Positions 50,701-61,400 of a stretch of DNA of 64,000 nt are shown here, piece by piece; positions within the stretch are counted from its first letter, which is position 1, and each line of letters starts with the position of its first letter. The DNA comes from Massalongia carnosa (lineage: Eukaryota), in NCBI GenBank assembly GCA_965645245.1, contig OZ287069.1, positions 1,240,001 through 1,304,000 of the forward strand, in the 5' to 3' direction. The position numbers were made by a program, and so were the translations under genes. Under the pieces are notes generated by a model. That model was not told the origin of the DNA. It ran no database searches and worked only from the letters and a program-made list of their open reading frames with translations.

Positions 50701-51940
50701 TAAGGTAATAATTCGATATGATTTTGGCAGCGAGTAGTCTGGTTTATTAGGTTTTTTTAAACAGCACCGAGTCCTGTTCGCCAACATAACGGGCTAAGAA
50801 TGATAAAATAGAGTTGACATCTCTCTCCTTCGTGAAGTCTCTATCCCAGTTTGCGTTCATCTCACTGGTGCGTTTTACAGCCCAAGATTATTGATGAATT
50901 CTACGATTGGGGTGAACGACGTCCCTTTCGCCCAGGTCAAACCCAGTTTACTCCTTAAGCATATATCAAGGGCGAGTCTAGCCGTAGCCCATGCGCCGGC
51001 GAACCGACGGGGTCTCGTTACGAGCGAGATAGACATTCCCTGCTCTATATACACCGACATGCGCATACTGTCCTCTCGGGCTATGCAGACGGTCTCCGTA
51101 CGGTGGCCGCCATTGCATACCACGCCTCACGGGTTTTTTACGCCCACTTCGCGTTATTCATAAAGGTCTCCCGTTTATGAACCGACCATGTCTCGCGGGG
51201 ATTTCGACCGCTATGCTCCTGACCAGGCAGTATAGTATCGATTTTCCGTCCCTACTAACCAAAACGAGTCGAGGACAACTCGGAGGGGTGCTCGTTTCAA
51301 ATTCGTCTATTAGCTCAGGGCCTAGACTGTTATCAATTAACGGGTTCCTCGTATATTGCCCTCTTCTTGTCCCAAGGGTGTCCTATTTGATGACTAGGTT
51401 GCCTCCACCATCCCCGGTACGACTCCGGTGCGGGCCGTGTTGCTCACGGTAGCCATCAATCGGATAGTTTTCATAACCCAAATCCCTTGTATCGTGTAGG
51501 GTGTGACCCTACACTATGTGTCTATATGTTTTATTTCTTTCAGCCGGAGGGCTCCGTGTTGTAGACGAAGGAGACCCGTGTGACAGACATAGCTGACCCG
51601 TGTCGTACGTCTTTAGCTCTCAGCCGATGACTCATGAAAGGACTTGAACCTTTAAGAGTATGACTGAACGTTGTTAACGAGGTCTATGAAAATCTTATTA
51701 ACGAGGTCTTCGAGAACAATATTAACGAAGTTCCGCTGAACTCTTTTCATTCGTTTTGTGATCCATCGAGGTCTACCCGTGTCAAATCCACACCATGCCC
51801 GTGTCAAAATGCATCATTTTCAGCTGATGACTGCTAGAAAGGACTTGAACCTCTAAAAATATGTACGCCGATATTAACGGGGTGCAGATCTGTCTTAACG
51901 AGCCCCCGCAGAACCCCCTTCACAGGGACGTGTTATTGAT

Positions 51941-52135
51941 TTGTGATTGTGTTTTTTGTGACTGTGTGTTTTGTGACTGTGTGTTTTGTGACAGTGTGTT
52001 TTGTGACTGTGTGTTTTGTGACTCTGTGTTTTGTGACTGTGTGTTTTTTGACTGTGTGTTTGTGACTGTATGTTTGTGACTGTGTGCTTTGTACAACGTG
52101 TGATTGATGACTATGTGTTTTGTGACTCTGTGTTT
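51941..52135. repeat. 15-bp minisatellite (tgtgttttgtgactg)n within element X
   Basis: Directly visible; a shorter inverse copy lies at ~54210-54340. Confidence 0.92.
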
Positions 52136-52575
52136 TCCTCGATTTTATTTAACAGGCCGGGCCTATTAAATGGGATATTGTTATTCTGCTCCGAGATGGA
52201 GTTTTCTTGAGGTGACAGCATTCGCCCCGGTGCCTTTACGCGTTCTGTTGATCCCAGCTGATGACTGCATGGGGAGACTTGAACTCTCAGGAGCTAGAAC
52301 GCGTGTCGATTGTGCCCGGGTGGGGGATGATGCGGCTCCTTTGGTCCACATCTTCTTCCAGCTGATGACTGCATGAAGGGACTTGAACCCTTAGAAGCAT
52401 GGTGCAGGGACGCGCGCATTCTACCCCCCGGCGGTTGTCCTTCGTATCCTCTTCCGTACGTACGTCTGCGACGCGTGTGAACGCGTTAAATTAGCATTGT
52501 TTTGATGCGAAAAGATAGGAGCAAATCTATGTTTGTCGGTCGCTCCACGGTGAGGCCTTTGGCGTCTCCGTGGTG

Positions 52576-52716
52576 AGGACCGATGGTGTAGAAGGAGGAC
52601 CGATGGTGTAGAAGGAGGACCGATGGTGTAGAAGGAGGAGGACCGATGGTGTAGAAGGAGGAGGACCGATGGTGTAGAAGGAGGAGGACCGATGGTGTAG
52701 AAGGAGGAGGACCGAT
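52576..52716. repeat. 23-bp tandem array (gaggaccgatggtgtagaaggag)n near the 5' end of element X
   Basis: Directly visible; also present at 53634-53760 (inverse) and 62815-62977. Confidence 0.93.
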
Positions 52717-53381
52717 ATATAATAATGTGATAGTAAATGTGATAGTAAATGTGATCCCTATATATCCTCTACTGCGCTAGTACACATGTGGTATAGTCGT
52801 CATGGAACCTTCTAGCAGCTGCGGGAACGAAATCGAAAGCGCCTGCGTGTTCCATCTACGATTGCCCTAGGCGGTGCCGAGTGCCGATGGCGTGCCGTGT
52901 AGAATCGTGGCACCCCAGGTTTGTTAATGGCTGAAGCAACATGTGCAGAGACACCGGAACGACGGATTATCGCCGCCTTCTGACCACCGAAAAGGGTTTA
53001 CGAGCCTCCACTCGCTGGCTTATGCGGACTATTCTACTGACACAGTTTTTCGCTAGCTGTAGAGTGTATTTCTTCCTCCACCTAATTATCGCGTAGTGAT
53101 AGTCACAAACTCTAGATATAACAGAGACAGAAGGTAGTATTTTGATAAGCATGTGCGTCGTAGACGTGGCGCTGGCGAAACGTAGCATTCGCCAAGTAAG
53201 GTCGAGCGATCACGTGAAGGTATACAGATGAAAGATTTTTCCCCTTGATGAGGGTTTTCCATCTTTGAAACTTTGATAGCTTTTCTCGCATGGGTCGGCT
53301 GTAGCTGATGTCACAACGAGTATGAATTTAATAATAATAATACATATTTATTTGCTGCATTTCCTAGAAAAATAAATCAGG

Positions 53382-53633
53382 TTTATTTTTTATTTTTTAT
53401 TTATTCATTAAGTATATTCAACCTAAGGTTATGATACTAAACTTTTCTAGGATATGTTACTATAATACAATTTTTTTATCTTGTATTCATTGAGTGTATT
53501 CAACCTAAGGTTATGACACTAAACAATTTTAGGATATGTTTCTATAATACAAATAAATCAACCCTTTATAACCCATATATGTATGTATCGTCAATTTTTC
53601 CCCGATTTTACTCCGTGTTAGTAACAACCTATA
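53382..53633 (-). mobile_element. Two tandem LINE 3'-end stubs (53382-53470 and 53471-53633)
   Basis: Each has a T tract followed by a variant of attcattaagtgtattcaacctaaggttatga. Confidence 0.85.
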
Positions 53634-54825
53634 TCGGTCCTCCTCCTTCTACGCCATCGGTCCTCCTCCTTCTACACAATCGGTCCTCCTCCTTCTACAC
53701 CATCGGTCCTCCTCCTTCTACACCATCGGTCCTCCTCCTTCTACACCATCGGACCATCGGTTCTCACCACGGAGACGCCAAAGGCCTCACCGTGGGGCGA
53801 CCGTCAAACATATAGATTTGCTTCTATCTCTTCGCATTAAAACAATGCTAATTTAACGCGTTCACACGCGTCGCAGAAGTACGTACGGAAGAGGATACGA
53901 GGGGCCAACCGCCGGGGGTAGAATGCGCGCGTCCCTGCACCATGCTTCTAAGGGTTCAAGTCCCTTCTTGCAATCATCAGATGGAAGAAGATATGGACCA
54001 AAGGAGCCGCATAATCCCCTACCGGGGCACAGTCGACACGCGTTCTAGCTCCTGAGTGTTCAATTCTCCCCATGCAGTCATCAGCTGGAATCAACAGAAC
54101 GGGTAAAGGCACCGGAGTGAATGCTGTCACCTCAAGAACACTCTATCTCGGAGCAGAATAACAATATCCCATTTAATAGGCCCGGCCTGTTAAATAAAAT
54201 CGAGGAAAACAGAGAGTCACAAAACACATTTTTATCAATCACACGTTATACGAAGCATACAGTCACAAAGCACACAGTCACAAAGCACACAGTCACAGGG
54301 CATACAGTCACAAACATACAGTCACAAACACACAGTCACAAATCAATAACACGTCCCTGTGAAGGGGGTTCTGCTGGGGCTCGTTAAGACAGATCTGCGC
54401 CCCGTTAATATCGGAGTACATATTTTTAGAGGTTCAAGTCCTTTCTAGAAGTCATCGGCTGAAAATAACGTATTTTGACACGGGCATGGTGTGGATTTGA
54501 CACGGGTAGACCTCGATGGATCACAAAACGAATGAAAAGAGTTCAGCGGAACTTCGTTAATATTGTTCTCGAAGACCTCGTTAATAAGATTTTCATAGAC
54601 CTCGTTAACAACGTTGGGTCATACTCTTAAAGGTTCAAGTACTTTTATGCAGTCATCGGCTGAGAGCTAAAGACGTACGACACGGGTCAGCTATGACTAT
54701 CACGCGGGTCTCCTTCGTCTACAACACGGAGCCCTCCAGCTGAAAGAAATAAAACATATAGACACATAGTTTAGGGTCACACCCTACACGATAAAAGGGA
54801 TTTGGGTTATGAAAACTATCCGATT
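53630..54825 (+). mobile_element. Element X copy 2 (inverse of 51458-52719), cut at its 3' side by LINE E
   Basis: Colinear reverse-complement match with scattered substitutions and repeat-number changes. Confidence 0.9.
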
Positions 54826-57800
54826 TTTTTCATTATTTATTTATTCATTAAGTGTATTCAACCTAAGGTTATGATACTAAACTATTTTAAGATATGTTTT
54901 TATTTTACAAAATAAATCAACCTTTTATAATCCATCTATGTATCGTCAATATTGCCCCGTTTTTACTCCGTGTTAGTAACAACCTTTAGTAATCGAAATG
55001 CTGATTTTACAATTTGTTTTTGTAAAGCTCGTTAATATTCCAGCATAAATCATTTCTAATTTTACTCTTCGATCTCCCCCCAACCTCCCGTTTCGATATT
55101 TTCGTCATCGAGCTGACCTAGCATCGATTTTCTAGTCGCGATTTTGTTATCAACAATAAATTTAATCAAAATATTATTTCCGATCCTAGTATTAAACAAC
55201 ATTTTTAAAGTAATTGTGGTATCGATATTTTGTTTCATGTTTAGGATTTCATTGGAATAATGTATGTAATTAATTCATCAATAAGTGTTCTGGCGTTTGT
55301 CGTTCGTTGCAGCGCCCTGTGCATTTTGACGAATTATAATCTTTCAATCGGTGCAGATATGATCGAAAATAACCGTGTTGGAATTTCATTTGCATAATAG
55401 TAGCAAATATCAATTTCGAACAATTATTCGACAGATAATAAAAACTCGATTTGCCCGGCTGCATTTCGAATTTCTCGTAGTATTTGCCTTTTGACTTGCA
55501 TTGTTGCCATTGATTCGCCCATGTGGCTAACATATTTCGATTTATTTGACCTTTTATATAATCAAATGTTATTATCGAAGACTCGACTAGGATTCGACTA
55601 TGTCCCGCTTTTGCTGCTTTATCTGCAATTTCATTTTCGATTTTCGAATGACTAGGAATCCATTGTAGAACCACCTGATAATTGTTTCCGAATAAGCATT
55701 TCGAGAATTTTCGAATTTGTTTTGCGTAAGTATGATTTGTCAAGTTCTGAATTTCGTTTATCGCGTTTATGCTATCGGAATAAATCCAAATCGTTTTTTC
55801 CAAATTGAAGAGAATATTCGCAATTGTCAATTTGTATGCCCATTTTATTGCTTGTAGTATCGCATAGAGTTCAGCATTTTTAACGCTTGACTGTTTGTTT
55901 AATTTCCAGCTTTTCGAAATCGTATGATGTTTGAGGAGACAATCTTTTTCGACAAAACGATTGAAGTTATCGGTGAAATTGTTCCAATTTCGCATAATTG
56001 GTGCAAATGTGACAGCGGAAGTTGAAAACTCGGTTTTTGATCCATCGGTATAGAGTAACATTTGCGATTTATCGGCGTTTATTGATTGGATTTTTGATAA
56101 AGTCGAATAATAACTTGACTTTGCTGTTTCTTTGGATCTTTCGATTTGGAACTTGATTTTACAAGACGGCTTCCATGGTTTGATGAAATTATTTACTGAT
56201 TCGAATTCATCAGTTTTGTGAACTATATCCGAAACGGAATGAAGAATACGGATAAGCTGACTAGGATGAGGTTTACTCGATTTTTTCTCGTCTTCGTTCC
56301 ATTCAGCATATCTGTTGTTCCATAAACTAGTGTCAAAACCGATGTTTTCGAATTTCACCGAATAGGTACTGGGAATTCTTTGACAAATAGGATTATTTTC
56401 GGCAATCTTCAATAATCGAATTGCGTATTATTGATTTTTCATCAACAATCGTAGCTTGGCTGGTAAAATATGAGATTCAATTTCCATCGCCTGAACAGGC
56501 GTGGTTTTGAATGTGCCTAAAATCTTTCGAATCATTCGATTTTGCAGATTCTGAAATAGCTTTTCATATTTCTTTTGATCATTATACCAGATTTCTGAGC
56601 CATATTCCGAAATAGGAATAATGCATGACAAATAGAGCTGTCTGCATGCAGTTGGCATTAGTCCCCATTCAGACTTCATCAAATTTTGAATTGCGAAAAA
56701 CGATCGATTTGCAGAAGCAATTCGCGTTTCGAGGTGTTTTTTTTAATTTAGTTTTCGGTCTAACCAGACTCCTAACCATTTGACAGAATTTTTCGGTTCT
56801 AGTATTGTCCCGCTTGGTAATTGCACTTTGTCTTTTGATGCATTTCTTGACTTTTCGAAGTGAATCAACTCAGATTTGTCGTCATCAAATTTGACATTAT
56901 TCGTTGCGGCCCAATCAAAAGCTGTTTTGACGATAATTTCGATTTCTTTGCAATTCTGTTCGCAGTTTTATTTTCGACATATATTGCAACATCGTCTATA
57001 AAGCTAGGTGAATGAGCATTGAATTTCATTCGTATTTTCGGAAATAAGTAACGAATATAAATCAGAAATAGAATTGACGAAATTGGGTGAACCTTGTGGA
57101 ATTCCAGAATCGATATAGTACGTTTTGCTTTTGTGTTCATCGAATATCAAATTGATCGATCGTTTTGTCATAAAATGCTTGACCCATTGAATAACTATGC
57201 GAGATAAATGCAGCTTTTTGATGAGATTTAGCAATTGATTAATCGAAACAAAGTCAAATGCTCCTTTTACATCGAGTAATAGACATGATAAAACGTTTTT
57301 GTTTCGGTTTGCGATTTCGATATCATGAACGACGTTTATTACCGCATCGATTGCACCATGATTTTTGCGTCCGCCTATTTGTTCGGTATCTAACAAGCTC
57401 GAATTTTCGCCGAGGTAAACTAGTCGATTAGAAACTATTTTCTCCGCAATTTTACCAAGACAATTCAGTAATGTAATAATTCGATTTGATTTTGGCAGCG
57501 AGTAATCTGGTTTATTAGGTTTTTTTTAAAACTGCACCGAGTCCTGTTCGCCAGCATAACGGGTGATAACCGATTTGTATTATTTTAGAATAAATAGTAA
57601 AAAATACGTTTTTAAATGGTTGAATCGATTTTTGAACTATTGTGAAATTGATTGCATCAGGTCCACATAATTTCTTTGGATTAAACAAACTAATCGCATT
57701 TTGCAATTCATTTTCGGTTAAATTCGGCCAATTGTTGTCATTTTCGCTGTCTTGCTTCGTTAGATCTTCAATATTATCGTCCGTGAACAGGTTTTTTGTA

Positions 57801-58112
57801 TACATTGCTGACACAAACGCATCGCATTTGTGATCGAATTGAACATTTAACTTGTTTTCATATTGAATAGGTTGTATTTTTTCGAACATGCGCGGTTTAG
57901 TGTATTTATAAGCTGTAAATACGTCTTTATTCACTGCGTTTTCGAGGAAAGCCAACCAAGTTTGCTGTTTCGCTTTTCGAAATGCATAAAATTACTCGAT
58001 TCGACTATGTCTAAATGTTTTGATGACTAAAATAGGACGGATTATTCTTCCATTCTCGACGATGTCTACACATGATTTTTCGAAGTCCGGTTAAATCTTG
58101 CGACCACAAATT
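54826..58112 (-). mobile_element. 5'-truncated degenerate LINE (copy E, F-type subfamily)
   Basis: Poly(T), 3' UTR and ORF2 fragments 55270-57955; no TSD found. Confidence 0.92.
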
Positions 58113-58254
58113 TTCCGTATTCTTCATTCCGTTTCGGATATATTTCATAAAACTAATGAATTGGAATCAGTAAATAATTTCATCAAACCATGGAAGCCGT
58201 CTTGTAAAATCAAGTTCCAAATCGAAAGATCAAAAGAAACAGCAAAGTAAAGTT
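58113..58254 (+). mobile_element. Internal LINE ORF2 fragment (F-type) adjoining the gap
   Basis: Matches 46301-46440 (RILHSVSDI…). Confidence 0.8.
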
Positions 58255-58454
58255 NNNNNNNNNNNNNNNNNNNNNNNNNNNNNNNNNNNNNNNNNNNNNN
58301 NNNNNNNNNNNNNNNNNNNNNNNNNNNNNNNNNNNNNNNNNNNNNNNNNNNNNNNNNNNNNNNNNNNNNNNNNNNNNNNNNNNNNNNNNNNNNNNNNNNN
58401 NNNNNNNNNNNNNNNNNNNNNNNNNNNNNNNNNNNNNNNNNNNNNNNNNNNNNN
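58255..58454. other. Assembly gap (200 N)
   Basis: Run of N. Confidence 1.
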
Positions 58455-61400
58455 AGGAGGAAAAAGTTCAGTCTTCGGTCTAAGTCGCGGCCGAAGACAA
58501 TTATCGAAAGGAGCTATTTCAATTTCGGCATTTTCCTTGTCCAAAGAGCCTCTGTCTGAAGAAAACCTAGATAGTAGGCATTTGGTTGTGTCTCTTGTTG
58601 TCTCCATAGGAACAATCAGAATCAAGACTTATGCATTGATTGATTGTGGAGTATCTGGATTTGCCTTTGTTAATTCTTCGTTCGCGCACTACCATCGCAT
58701 ACCCCTCGCCCCCATGAAGAAACCTCGTATTCTTGAACTCGCAGACGGTCGTCCCGTATCGTCTGGAAAACTTACCCACCTTGCTCGTCTGAACCTTGAC
58801 ATCGCCTCCTACTCCGAACCCGCCAACCTTCTCGTTACTAGTCTCGGTCATTATCCTATCGTTCTCGGCATTAAATGGCTACAAGTCCACGACGTCAGCA
58901 TACGATGGGCCATGAACTCTCTCACTTTCAACTCACCTTACTGCCGTCAGCACTGTCTTGACAACTCCGAGTCAAATACGGTGATAGGCATAACCAACGT
59001 TCCTGAACTTCGCGCGGAAAAGCCCCTCGTCGTTGAAAGTAGCGCTAGTCCCGACACGACTGCGCCAATTATCGCTCATAACACTAGTCCCGAGGCGGTT
59101 AGATTAAACAGGCCCGGCCGGTTAAATCTGCGCGTCAACTCCAATGCGGTCGCGTCCGCCGCCCCTTCGCCTATCTTGTCTTCGACCTTACCCGTTACGT
59201 CCCCGCTCGTTCCGCCGCCGACCAATCAGAGTCCACCATTGAGTATATGTATGATAGGGGCCGCCCCCTTTACCCGTCTAGCAAAGAAAAAAGAGTTTGA
59301 ACTCTTTACCGTGAACATGAGAGATATCGAGCGTGCCTTGAACCCTAAACCGGAAATTGGCCCTGCTACAGTGTTGCCACAGGAATATCATGAATTTCTT
59401 GATGTATTTTCCAAGAAAGAAGCTGATAAACTTCCTGAGCGACGTAACTATGATCATAAAATTCCATTGATGGAAGGAAAGGAACCCATGTATGGCCCGT
59501 TATACGGCATGAGTCGAGACGAACTGTTAGTTCTACAGAAGTATCTCACGGAAAACCTGAAGAAAGGTTTTATTCGATCCAGTTCTTCCCCCGCTGCGTC
59601 CCCGGTGTTGTTCGTTAGGAAACCAGGCGGAGGCCTGCGTTTTTGTGTGGATTACAGAGCATTAAATGCGATAACGATCAAGAACAGATACCCCCTACCT
59701 TTGATCAGAGAAACCTTGGACCGCTTGAGTAAGGCAGTTGTCTTTACTAAGTTGGATATTGTCGCGGCTTTCAACCGTCTCTGTGTAACTCATGGAGAGG
59801 AATAGAAAACTGCCTTTCGAACACGTTATAGATTATTCGAATATCTCGTCATGCTATTTGGGCTCTGTGGAGCGCCATCCTCGTCTCAGGAGTACATTAA
59901 TGATGTGCTTCGTGAATATCTAGACATCTTCTGTACCGCGTACATCGATGACATATTGATTTACAGCAATTCCATGAGCGAACTCAAGGGTCATGTGAGA
60001 AAAGTACTAACGGCCTTACGGAAGGCCGGACTACAACTCGACATCTCAAAGTGTGAATTCCATGTCACGGAGACCATTTATTTAGGGTTGATAATATCCA
60101 AAGATGATATAAGAATGGACCCTAAGAAAATTGAGACAATTCAGAATTGGAACACCCCCGAGAATCTAAAAGACGTGCAGGCTTTCATAGGATTCGCGAA
60201 TTTCTATCGTCGATTTGTCAAGGGTTTCTCTCGTATAGCCGGACCATTGACTGCTATATCAAAAAAGAAGACATCATTCGTATGGACCGCTGACTGCGCC
60301 AGGGCTTTCGAGGATCTGAAGGCTATTTTTACCAGTGACGTTGTTCTGCTGTATTTTGACCCCGATAAGGAAAGCGTGGTTGAAACTGACTCTTCTGATT
60401 ATGTCAATGCCGGAGTTCTCTCACAGTATGATGACAATGGAGTCCTTCGCCCCGTAGCCATTTTCTCGCGACGTTTGTCACCGGCGGAGTGCATTTACGA
60501 GATTTATGATAAAGAACTACTAGCCATAATACGTGCCTTCGAGGAATGGAGACCAGAACTCCAAGGAGCCGCATACCCGGTTAAAGTAATCACCGATCAT
60601 AAAAACCTGGAGTATTTCACAACCACCAAGCAGCTAAGCAGACGACAGGCCCGCTGGGCAGATATCTCTCACGTTTCGACTTCAAAATCACGTATAGACC
60701 CGGCAAATTAGGTGGAAAACCTGATGCTTTGACTAGAAGATCAGGAGATCTTTCTAAGGAAGGGGACGTGAGACTGGAACATCAGAATCAGGTGGTATTA
60801 AAACCGCATAATTTTGAACTTTATGCTAACAACGTGGTTCGTGTGACTGACGTGTCCGACTCTGAACCTGACATCGTCATTGAACCATCGAACCTTGCTC
60901 CCGCCTCCGACTCGGAAGACAAATCTATAGACGAACTCATTGATCTAGGATATGAACATGACCCTATGCCTAACAAAATCCTGACACTTCTCCGAAACGG
61001 TACTCGACACAGCAAGGATATCACCCTAGCCGAATGTGAAGACAGGAATGGAAGACTATACTACAAGGAAAGGCTATATGTCCCTGATTGGCATGAATTA
61101 AAAATGAGACTATGCAAGGAATATCACGACAGTCTAGTCGCCGGTCATCCAGGCAGATCTAAAACATTTAGTCTAATAGCGCGAGATTACTACTGGCCCC
61201 GATATCATTAGTTCATTCCCCGCTATGTTCAGCACTGTCACACTTGCTCTCGCAGTAAAGCTACTCATCATGCTAAGTACGGAGTGTTGAAACCTTTGCC
61301 TGTTCCTCAACAACGATAGAAGGACATATCCGTGGATTTCGTCACTGGCCTACCCGAAAGTAGTGATAAAAACGCCGTACTAAGCGTTGTTTGTCGACTA

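Larger units (their letters stand above)
48077..52755 (-). mobile_element. Composite retro-insertion: element X head (52755-50794) fused to a LINE 3' half (50793-48077; RT, RNase H, poly(A))
   Basis: A single 15-bp TSD ccctatatatcctct at 48062-48076 and 52756-52770 brackets both parts. Confidence 0.88.
47968..52912. mobile_element. Solo LTR (~251 bp: 47968-48076 plus 52771-52912), split by the X-LINE composite
   Basis: TGTTATGAT…ATCGTGGCA termini and 5-bp TSD cccca (47963-47967, 52913-52917). Removing it restores the LINE Y reading frame. Confidence 0.8.
40036..53342 (+). mobile_element. 3' remnant of an older, different Tad1-like LINE family (Y), in pieces 40036-40271, 47733-47967 and 52918-53342
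   Basis: Rejoined translation gives …SLIIQMRTERIGLSDYLFSR*…SCGWARQTLKHVLHSCP|RF…GTTDYRRLLTTEKGLRASTRWLMRTILLTQFSLA, a typical Tad1 ORF2 C-terminus. (taa)n tail at ~53329-53342. Confidence 0.8.

Noticed and set aside
51816..51860. tRNA genes suggested by GGTTCAAGTCC
   Set aside because: No D-arm, anticodon arm, acceptor stem or A-box around the T-arm.
51617..52397. Hammerhead ribozyme or box C/D reading of CTGATGA…GAAA on the plus strand
   Set aside because: Two of the four copies lack GAAA, stem II cannot close (C…T/A), stem I has mismatches on this strand, and no box D is positioned to pair. The fold works better on the opposite strand.
52576..52716. CRISPR-like or telomeric array (also 16738-16850, 51941-52135 and 62815-62977)
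   Set aside because: Head-to-tail repeats without unique spacers, no cas genes, eukaryotic context, and not TTAGGG-like.
50794..52755. Telomerase RNA (similar ~2 kb size in filamentous ascomycetes)
   Set aside because: No TAACCCTAA-type template was seen on the inferred sense strand, and the sequence is multicopy.
51861..54387. Small ORFs with CDCVF, HTVTK or IGPPPSTPS repeats
   Set aside because: These are translations of minisatellites, and the frames are not conserved between X copies.
51458..54825. DNA transposon with 1.2 kb TIRs
   Set aside because: The left arm belongs to a TSD-bounded retro-insertion, the spacer is LINE Y and solo-LTR sequence, and there is no transposase.
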